64,000 bases of DNA, from contig JAIOYZ010000019.1 of the NCBI GenBank assembly GCA_021740845.1, positions 8,828-72,827 on the forward strand, read 5' to 3'. Shown in pieces: positions 57,319 to 64,000 of the stretch; the first letter of the stretch is position 1; every line of letters begins with the position of its first letter. The position numbers and the translations under genes are program-made. This stretch comes from Bacteroidia bacterium (GTDB lineage Bacteria > Bacteroidota > Bacteroidia > UKL13-3). Below the pieces are notes generated by a model, which had not been told where the DNA came from, did not search any database, and saw only the letters and a list, made by a program, of their open reading frames with translations.

Positions 57319-58449
57319 TTTTTTTGAAGCACTCATTACTTCATTGTAAAACCGCTCGTAATGCGGTACAATTTCATTGATATCAAATTCTTTTGCACGA
57401 GCTAATGCTGCTTGTTTAAATTGCTTTAATCGAGCTGGATCTTCCAAAATATAAATAGCTTTTTCCGACATGGTAGCCACATCGCCAACATTACACAAAT
57501 AACCAGTTACACCTTCTACATTTAACTCTGGAATACCACCGGCATTACTAGAAATAACAGGCAATTCGCAAGCCATGGCTTCCAAGGCAGCCAAACCAAA
57601 ACTCTCGGTTTCGCTAGGCATTAAAAACAAATCGCAAACCGATAATATTTCCTCCACTTGATTTTGCTTACCCATAAAAGTAATAGAATCACATAGATTG
57701 AGTTCCCTGCACAATTTTTCAATATTTATACGCTCCGGACCATCGCCCATAAGCAATAATTTAGCGGGCATTTTTTTCCTAATTTCTGCAAACACTTTTA
57801 CAGCATCGTCTATGCGTTTTACTTTTCTAAAATTAGACGTATGCACAATTAGCTTTTCTCCATTTGGAGCAATTGCTGTTTTAAAATGTTCTCTATTTTG
57901 CTTGCTGAACCTACTCAAATCAATAAAGTTAGGAATCACTTCAATTTGACGAGTAATATCAAATAGGTCGTAAGTGTCTTTTTTAAGCGATTCTGAGACG
58001 GTTGTAACTCCATCCGACATATTGATGCTATATCTCACAACGGGTTCAAAACTGGCATCTTTACCAACCAAGGTAATATCTGTTCCGTGCAAGGTGGTAA
58101 TAACTGGAATATGAATTCCATCCATAGCTAAAATCTGCTTCGCCATCACAGCAGCAGAAGCATGAGGAATGGCATAATGCACATGTAATAAATCTAATTT
58201 CTCAAATTTTACTACATCTACCAAATGAGAAGTAAGAGCTGTTTCGTATGGAGGAAAATCGAACAAGGGATAACTGCTTACATAAACCTCATGGTAGAAA
58301 GTATTCTCAGTAAAAAAATCTAATCTTGCTGGCTGCTTGTAGGTAATAAAATGCACTTTGTGTCCGCGCAATGCCAAGGCTTTTCCCAATTCTGTTGCTA
58401 CAACTCCACTACCACCATAGGTTGGGTAACATACTATTCCAATATTCAT
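57316..58449 (-). CDS. bshA: N-acetyl-alpha-D-glucosaminyl L-malate synthase BshA (bacillithiol biosynthesis glycosyltransferase, GT4).
   Basis: [37 protein letters not shown] is near-identical to the BshA N-terminal signature. GT4 C-terminal [13 protein letters not shown] motif. 377 aa. Confidence 0.85.
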   Translation of the reverse strand: MNIGIVCYPTYGGSGVVATELGKALALRGHKVHFITYKQPARLDFFTENTFYHEVYVSSYPLFDFPPYETALTSHLVDVVKFEKLDLLHVHYAIPHASAAVMAKQILAMDGIHIPVITTLHGTDITLVGKDASFEPVVRYSINMSDGVTTVSESLKKDTYDLFDITRQIEVIPNFIDLSRFSKQNREHFKTAIAPNGEKLIVHTSNFRKVKRIDDAVKVFAEIRKKMPAKLLLMGDGPERINIEKLCRELNLCDSITFMGKQNQVEEILSVCDLFLMPSETESFGLAALEAMACELPVISSNAGGIPELNVEGVTGYLCNVGDVATMSEKAIYILEDPARLKQFKQAALARAKEFDINEIVPHYERFYNEVMSASKK

Positions 58450-58528
58450 TTAGTCTTTTCTATTAAAGTATAAAAGCATTCGGTTTGTTTTGAACCAAAC
58501 GCCTTTTTCAGAAAAAAAATCACCGAAT

Positions 58529-59797
58529 TTATTGTAAATCCGTATTCAGTTTGTAGCGGCAAATTCTGTTGTTTCCTTTATCGCATACAAAAACGGTTCT
58601 ATTATAATAGCATACTCCGCTTGGATCTACCAGATTAAAAGGACCGCTGCTACTACCATCTGCACCATTGCCACCAAAAGAAACCACAATTTGTTTTTTT
58701 ACTTTGCTATTAGCTGGCGGATTAACACCTTCAAAACCTGCATTGCTAAAAATATAAAGAGAATCTGATTCGCTATCAGTTACAAAAATATACCCACTAG
58801 CATCTGGGGCTACATAAATATCTTCTGGCTTTTTGAACCTATAACTCTCATACATAAAGCGGTCTGCTTTGGTAACATCAAAGTTTAGGAAAGCTGTGTT
58901 TTCTCCAAAAATTGTTCCTTGGTCTGGGTCTTCAGTAGAAACAATGCTCAATGTGCGGTATTCTAAATTGGTATTTTGATCTGATAAAGTAATAAAGAAA
59001 TTTCTTGAGGTGCTTATACCTGAAAGTCGTTGAGGCGGACCCGCATAAGTTGCCAAGCCACTAATACCCACAGAAGATTTTATACTCGATTGATTTGGAT
59101 TTAAGTTGGTTGTAAACCCAATGTTTACGCCCTCTGCATTGAAAACCAAAACGCCGTTATCTGGTCTTGCAATACCAGTTTGGTCGTTTCTTGGTCCGCT
59201 TCTGGCAACGTATAAAGTATTATCCCATAAAGTAGCTAAACCTGTAAACTTCACTGCCACATCATCTGCACCACGGAATGAAGTATTGTTTCTACTTTCG
59301 TCGCAACCAAAATGTTTAAGTGTATCTAAGAAAACTGGCAACCCAGATTCTAAACCTTTGATATGAAAAATTGCAGCCAAATTGGTGGTTTTAGCTTCAT
59401 CTGCATAATACCTTCCTGCTACGTAAGAATGTAAGCGTCGGTCTTGAGTAAAGTCTGTAGCACCCGGAATATTTAGGCGGAAAACTAAACTAATTTTTTG
59501 ATCAAAAATTAAAAGTTCGTTATCATCTATATTGTTTTCATCGTTGTCTACCACTACATAAATCAAATCATCGTAACCCACAAACACATCTAGAGGATTG
59601 CGCACATTGGCGATAAATGGATATAAAGGCACATAACTAACATTATTAGGAACAAGGTTTGGATCAATACTACCTTGCTTAAAAACATCGTCTACAGTGT
59701 CGTTCTTCTTGCCGCCAAAAAGAGTGCAGGCCTGAACCAAAAGCAACATGGAAGCAAAGGCAAGAAGAATGGTAAGTCTATTTTTTATCTGACGCAT
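58529..59797 (-). CDS. Lipoprotein, hypothetical (possible NHL/beta-propeller repeats).
   Basis: Lipobox LLLVQAC. Repeated ...GVCYYNRTVFVCDKGNNRICRY-type NHL-like blades. 422 aa. Confidence 0.45.
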   Translation of the reverse strand: MRQIKNRLTILLAFASMLLLVQACTLFGGKKNDTVDDVFKQGSIDPNLVPNNVSYVPLYPFIANVRNPLDVFVGYDDLIYVVVDNDENNIDDNELLIFDQKISLVFRLNIPGATDFTQDRRLHSYVAGRYYADEAKTTNLAAIFHIKGLESGLPVFLDTLKHFGCDESRNNTSFRGADDVAVKFTGLATLWDNTLYVARSGPRNDQTGIARPDNGVLVFNAEGVNIGFTTNLNPNQSSIKSSVGISGLATYAGPPQRLSGISTSRNFFITLSDQNTNLEYRTLSIVSTEDPDQGTIFGENTAFLNFDVTKADRFMYESYRFKKPEDIYVAPDASGYIFVTDSESDSLYIFSNAGFEGVNPPANSKVKKQIVVSFGGNGADGSSSGPFNLVDPSGVCYYNRTVFVCDKGNNRICRYKLNTDLQ

Positions 59798-60834
59798 ATC
59801 GACAAAGTTAAACGGTGAATATTGCCCAAGCGAGATTTATTGCTAAAGCCATAATCGAAGCGGAAAGCACCAAATCTTCTTTGCAAACGCATTCCAAAGC
59901 CAGCAGTTGGGAAACGATAATTTTCGTCGGAGCCAAACTCATAGCCTGTTCTGGCAAATAAGATATTTTTATACCCATATTCGGCACCAGTTGCAAAGCT
60001 TTCGTTGTTATCGGTTGGGTGGTTTAATTGAGCACTCAAGGTAAGTACATTTAGTTTGGTATGAATGGGATCCAATGCACCGCCAATTCTAAACACACTT
60101 GGAACAGAAACTTCAGAGAAATTAGTTACTTGTTGTTCGCCATTTAGTTTTAGAATACTCACAGTTCCATCAGGAGCTACGTTTAAACCAAAATTGCTAA
60201 ACACCACACCAAACTTGCTATTCATTAAGCCAATATTATAAGTAAGTCCTAAATCAAACAACACATTGTTAACCCGCACATCGGCAATTCCCTCGTGGGC
60301 CCATTTTCCGTTGACACCAAAGCTAAAGTTATCTGTTAATACCTGGGCATAGGAAAGTCCAACTAAAACATTGCTGGTATTTACATTTCTGCCAGTTCCG
60401 TAAGGTTGCCATTCTGTGGTTTCTTCCATCTCGCCATAATTGAGCGATTGAACGGTTAACCCCACATAACTATGCTGACGAACTTTTGCCACGGCACCAA
60501 AAAAGTTGGCTGAAGAATTGGCGTAATAACGAGTATGGGATAATTGAAAATTAACTTTTCCGGTATCTACTTTGGTTATGCCAGCAGGATTCCAAAACAA
60601 GGCCGAAACATCGTTGGTAATTCCAACAACGGCACCCGCCATAGAAGTGGAGCGCGCATCGTGAGGGATTTTAAGAAACTGCATACCGCTACCACCCGTG
60701 CGCGAATTACCAAAAGTTGGTAGGATTTGCGCCTGCAATTGCGTTGAGAAACAGAGTACTAGAATAATTATCCGTGTTTGCCACATAGGCTGGCAAGTTA
60801 CTAGTTTCTGTTTGAAAAAAAAGTCCATCCCCAT
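59785..60834 (-). CDS. PorQ/PorV-family (FadL-like) outer-membrane beta-barrel, probably the T9SS component PorQ.
   Basis: LKIPHDARSTSMAGAVVGITNDVSALFWNPAG matches the PorV/PorQ N-terminal PDARSxxMGxAG...NPA signature. Size (~333 aa from the MWQTRIIILVLC signal peptide) fits PorQ better than PorV. C-terminal beta-barrel. Confidence 0.5.
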   Translation of the reverse strand: MGMDFFFKQKLVTCQPMWQTRIIILVLCFSTQLQAQILPTFGNSRTGGSGMQFLKIPHDARSTSMAGAVVGITNDVSALFWNPAGITKVDTGKVNFQLSHTRYYANSSANFFGAVAKVRQHSYVGLTVQSLNYGEMEETTEWQPYGTGRNVNTSNVLVGLSYAQVLTDNFSFGVNGKWAHEGIADVRVNNVLFDLGLTYNIGLMNSKFGVVFSNFGLNVAPDGTVSILKLNGEQQVTNFSEVSVPSVFRIGGALDPIHTKLNVLTLSAQLNHPTDNNESFATGAEYGYKNILFARTGYEFGSDENYRFPTAGFGMRLQRRFGAFRFDYGFSNKSRLGNIHRLTLSICVR

Positions 60835-60848
60835 AATTTAACCTTTGC

Positions 60849-61883
60849 TTAAAAAGCCTTCCAACCTTGGGCTTGCAAAGGGTGTTTGTTTCCACCTTTG
60901 CTCATCATGTGCATGCCTTCATTTTTTTCATTCATAAACCCAATAATGCTAAAATCTGGGTGGTGTTCTAATTTCTGAAAATCCTCTTGCTTTATTGTAA
61001 ACAACAATTCGTAATCTTCTCCCCCACTTAAAGCACACATGGTTGGGTCTAAATCCAATTCTCTTGCAAAATTATAAGTACTTGGGTCGATAGGAATTTT
61101 TTCTTCGTAAAGAGTAACACCCAAATCAGAAGCTTTGGCTAAGTGGAAACACTCACTAGCCAAACCATCGCTCACGTCTATCATGCTAGTTGGGTGAATA
61201 TCGAGGGTGTTTAAAATATCAATAATATCTTTTCTAGCTTCTGGTTTCAGTTGTCTTTCAATAATATAATCGTAACCACCTAAATCGGGTTGTGCTTGGG
61301 GGTTGTCTAAGAAAACACGTTTTTCGCGTTCTAATAATTGGTAACCGCAATAGGCACCACCCAAATCGCCACTAACCACAAGCAATTCATTTGCCTTAGC
61401 ACCACTTCTGTAGGCGATATCTTTTTCTAAAACTTCGCCAATGGCAGTTACAGAAATCATCAAACCTTGCTTAGAGGTACTGGTATCGCCACCAATTAAA
61501 TCTACTTGGTATCGCTCGCAAGCCAAAGAAATTCCTTGGTATAATTCTTCAATTGCCTCCAAAGAAAATCTACTTGATAAAGCTAAGGAAACTGTAATTT
61601 GTTTGGGCTTGGCGTTCATGGCAAAAATATCGCTTAGGTTAACCACTACGGCTTTGTAACCCAAATGCTTCATTGGAAAATAGCTCAAATCAAAATGAAC
61701 GCCTTCTACTAATAAATCGGTAGAAACCACAGTTTTGGTACCTTCGGTTGGAGTAATAACAGCAGCATCATCGCCCACCCCTTTATCTGTATTATTTTTA
61801 AGACTAAAGTTTTTAGTAAGATGATCAATTAAACCAAACTCTCCCAAACTGCTTATTTCCGTTCTTTGTGCATTTTCAAACAT
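60849..61883 (-). CDS. thiL: Thiamine-monophosphate kinase ThiL.
   Basis: PurM-like fold. N-terminal GEFGLIDHL...GDDAAV and DLLVEGVHF motifs. 344 aa. Confidence 0.85.
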   Translation of the reverse strand: MFENAQRTEISSLGEFGLIDHLTKNFSLKNNTDKGVGDDAAVITPTEGTKTVVSTDLLVEGVHFDLSYFPMKHLGYKAVVVNLSDIFAMNAKPKQITVSLALSSRFSLEAIEELYQGISLACERYQVDLIGGDTSTSKQGLMISVTAIGEVLEKDIAYRSGAKANELLVVSGDLGGAYCGYQLLEREKRVFLDNPQAQPDLGGYDYIIERQLKPEARKDIIDILNTLDIHPTSMIDVSDGLASECFHLAKASDLGVTLYEEKIPIDPSTYNFARELDLDPTMCALSGGEDYELLFTIKQEDFQKLEHHPDFSIIGFMNEKNEGMHMMSKGGNKHPLQAQGWKAF

Positions 61884-62582
61884 TCGGCAAAATTAACCCA
61901 AATAACAAAGAAGACAAGTTTCTTTAATTGGGTAGATTTTTCTTAGTTCGGGCATTTTGGGTCCAAGGAAGGATTTCCTTGAGTGATATTTCCTACTTGA
62001 AATGGAAACCTTGAAACTCATTGGAATATTTTCTATTAAACACAAAGCTCACAAAGATTTTCACAAAGTGCACTAAGATATAAATTTTAATACCTTCCTT
62101 TTGTGTACTTTGTGATTTCTTTGTGACCTTAGTGTTAAAAAATGCTAAACCATTCGAAGCAAAAAATTCAATTTATAAAAAGTCTAACCACTACAAATTG
62201 ATATGGCGACAAATCCTAATTATTATGAAAAGCGGATCCACACTCAACCACCTCCCCAACCTGGCATCATAAATTCTAGCGCCAAAATCTAAATCATTTC
62301 CAGCACCATTTATTTCATCCAATTTTCTCTTTCCTATTAAACCCGAAGATGTAGGTGATTGTATCGGATTTTAGAGGTAGTTTTTTGCCCTTAGTGCATT
62401 TATTTGATAATGCACCAAAATAGCTGTAAGACTTGTTATGTATGCAAGTGCGAATGTTTTGCATTAATAAAACAATTGAATTATTACCTATTCGTATTGA
62501 TAAAGCAAAATAGGTAATAAAATCATCAAAGTAGGAAGATTTTAACCTTTAGCAAATATTTATAACATGTACATCAGATCTT

Positions 62583-62835
62583 TTTTGGTTCAAACCGAAA
62601 TTTGGTTTGGATGATTGTGGAATGGCTTATTTAAATTAAAACCTAGCTTTTAATCTTTATCCTGGAGCTTAAGCTCCAAAAATAGTCGGACGTAGACAAA
62701 GTCTACGCCCAGCGGGGATATTAATTTTGTGCTCATAAGGAGTGATTTTTGGTTCAAACCGAAATTTAATTGGATGAGTTTGGAAAGGCTTATTTAAATT
62801 AAAACCTGGTTTGCAATTTTTACCCAGGGGGTTAG
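62583..62835. repeat. Two ~90-bp imperfect direct repeats (62583-62670 and 62745-62835), each starting with TTTTGGTTCAAACCGAAATTT, separated by a segment containing a GTAGACaaaGTCTAC hairpin.
   Basis: The units ttggttcaaaccgaaatttggtttggatgattgtggaatggcttatttaaattaaaacctagc and ttggttcaaaccgaaatttaattggatgagtttggaaaggcttatttaaattaaaacctggt align at about 80%. The track ORF 62669..62887(-) across them is composition-driven. Confidence 0.6.
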
Positions 62836-62980
62836 ATCCTTTTTTGGCTGGATGTAATAATAAACTACACCAGCGAAAAACATACATGACTAAATTTTTT
62901 GAAACAGGATTTGCATTCCCATAGTAAAATATAGTTTTAAAGATAAATCATCCCCATCACCTAACTAGATTTTGAACCTT

Positions 62981-64000
62981 TTATTCCCTGCAAACTTTTA
63001 AGGTGCTAAGTTGGTTTTGGGCATTTCTAATGTGGAGGATATAAATACCTGTGCTTAGTGATTGAGTATTTAGCTCACTGCTGCCACTTAGTGCTTCTCC
63101 TTTCATTTGTAATTGGCCGAAGGTATTGTAGAGCTCATAGCTAAAATAATTATTGCTATTGGAGCTTAAAGTAAAGCCTGAACCAAATGGAATAGGGTAT
63201 GCTGTATAAGTTATCTGCTCTTCGCCAAGTTGGGGCTGGTGCAATTGGATTTGAATAGTGGTGGAATAACTAAAGGAGCCATCCTTGTCAACCTGACGAA
63301 GACGATAATACACAAAATCTGTGATGGGTTTTTCTATTCCACTATGGTTGTCCGTAAAGGAATACCTGCTTATACTATTAGAATTTCCAGCGGCTTTTAC
63401 CTTACCTGCATGTTCCCATTCTGCACCTTCATAGGAGCGTTCAACTTCAAACCAAGCAGAGTTTATTTCGGAGGCCGTTTGCCAGTCAAGTTTAATTTGA
63501 TTGCCTTGCTTTTCACCTTCAAAATTTAACCAGGTTACTGGAAGTGTAGCAGTACTAGTATTATAGGCGCCGGTTGTTAAAAAACGGGTAGCATTTGCCC
63601 AACCATTTACTTCCATAATTTTTATCTGGTAAGTAGTAAACGGACTTAGTCCGCTAATGGTTATAACATTTGTATCACCCACATAAACTATTTTGGATCC
63701 ATCTGCCAAGGCTGGAGAAGTGCTGAAATTTTGGGTTGCAGCATAATAAGTATAATTCACAGGATTGCTGGTAATAGCCGCTGTGCCCTGCTTGAGTAAA
63801 ATTATTCTTCCGGTTCCATTGCCGGGTGTTTGAATAGTTAGCCGAAACGAATTGGCATACAAATGCGAAACTGTGGCTGAGGAAGTTTGAACCGAAGGGG
63901 CTTGTATGTTATAAGTATTGCGGGAAACTAGCAAACGCGCCGACATAATGGTGGAAATTGGTGTGTGCTTAACTCCAACTAAGTCTGGTCTTCCATCCTT
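62981..64000 (-). CDS. Secreted protein with FN3-like region and T9SS type-A C-terminal sorting domain. The 5' end probably lies beyond the window.
   Basis: C-terminus ITYTAYPIPFGSGFTLSSNSNNYFSYELYNTFGQLQMKGE...GIYILHIRNAQNQLSTLKV is a T9SS CTD. The frame stays open upstream of the track ATG (63946) to the window edge (...KDGRPDLVGVKHTPISTI-M...). Confidence 0.6.
   Translation of the reverse strand, partial: KDGRPDLVGVKHTPISTIMSARLLVSRNTYNIQAPSVQTSSATVSHLYANSFRLTIQTPGNGTGRIILLKQGTAAITSNPVNYTYYAATQNFSTSPALADGSKIVYVGDTNVITISGLSPFTTYQIKIMEVNGWANATRFLTTGAYNTSTATLPVTWLNFEGEKQGNQIKLDWQTASEINSAWFEVERSYEGAEWEHAGKVKAAGNSNSISRYSFTDNHSGIEKPITDFVYYRLRQVDKDGSFSYSTTIQIQLHQPQLGEEQITYTAYPIPFGSGFTLSSNSNNYFSYELYNTFGQLQMKGEALSGSSELNTQSLSTGIYILHIRNAQNQLSTLKVCRE

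Noticed and set aside
62669-62887. Track ORF (72 aa, minus strand) in the right-hand non-coding island.
   Set aside because: It runs straight through the two 90-bp repeats and the hairpin. It has no start context and looks like a composition artefact. The region is better explained as non-coding repeat DNA.
1-64000. Mobile elements: IS transposases, integrases, phage modules, toxin-antitoxin pairs.
   Set aside because: No ORF in any frame shows DDE, serine or tyrosine recombinase, or phage structural signatures. The only candidates for foreign origin are the isolated Bro-N gene and the four-helix-bundle cassette, both reported as findings rather than as mobile-element features.

Overview
This is an AT-rich chromosomal segment from a Bacteroidota genome. 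The assignment rests on many T9SS C-terminal sorting domains, a PorQ/PorV-family barrel, bshA, split metH and TAnnTTTG-type promoter boxes. About 60 genes are tightly packed on both strands. The window contains no IS elements, CRISPR arrays, rRNA or tRNA genes. Housekeeping genes I recognise are purL (partial), trmB, murQ, rluD, asnS, metH (split), purK, bshA, thiL, a DEAD-box helicase, a MATE pump, two Na+/H+ antiporters and a fused E1 alpha/beta dehydrogenase. Accessory content includes the following. (1) A vitamin B12 capture operon, read directly from the sequence: cobalamin riboswitch, btuB-like TonB receptor, a DUF4465-like protein with a T9SS tail, a btuG-like beta-propeller lipoprotein and a tiny Cys-rich ORF. 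(2) A SAM-I riboswitch upstream of a split metH whose halves are separated by an inserted four-helix-bundle gene and flanked by GCTAGC/CTTCTGGC-rich repeats. (3) Two paralogous ECF sigma/anti-sigma pairs flanking a PAP2 phosphatase, one anti-sigma carrying a T9SS sorting domain. (4) A LytS/LytTR two-component pair followed by a lipoprotein with five tandem CBM48-like modules. (5) Two DUF4143 AAA-ATPase paralogs with palindromic repeats around them. (6) Many T9SS cargo proteins. The most unusual signal is a quasi-palindromic motif, core GGTTCAAACC and extended TTTTGGTTCAAACCGAAAT, with at least 24 exact copies plus at least 8 near-variants in 64 kb. It occurs in both orientations, inside coding sequences in several reading frames and in about half of the intergenic spacers, in the manner of a DNA-uptake-sequence or HIP1-type genome signature. 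It also seeds two ~90-bp repeats in a 1.1-kb non-coding region near the right end.
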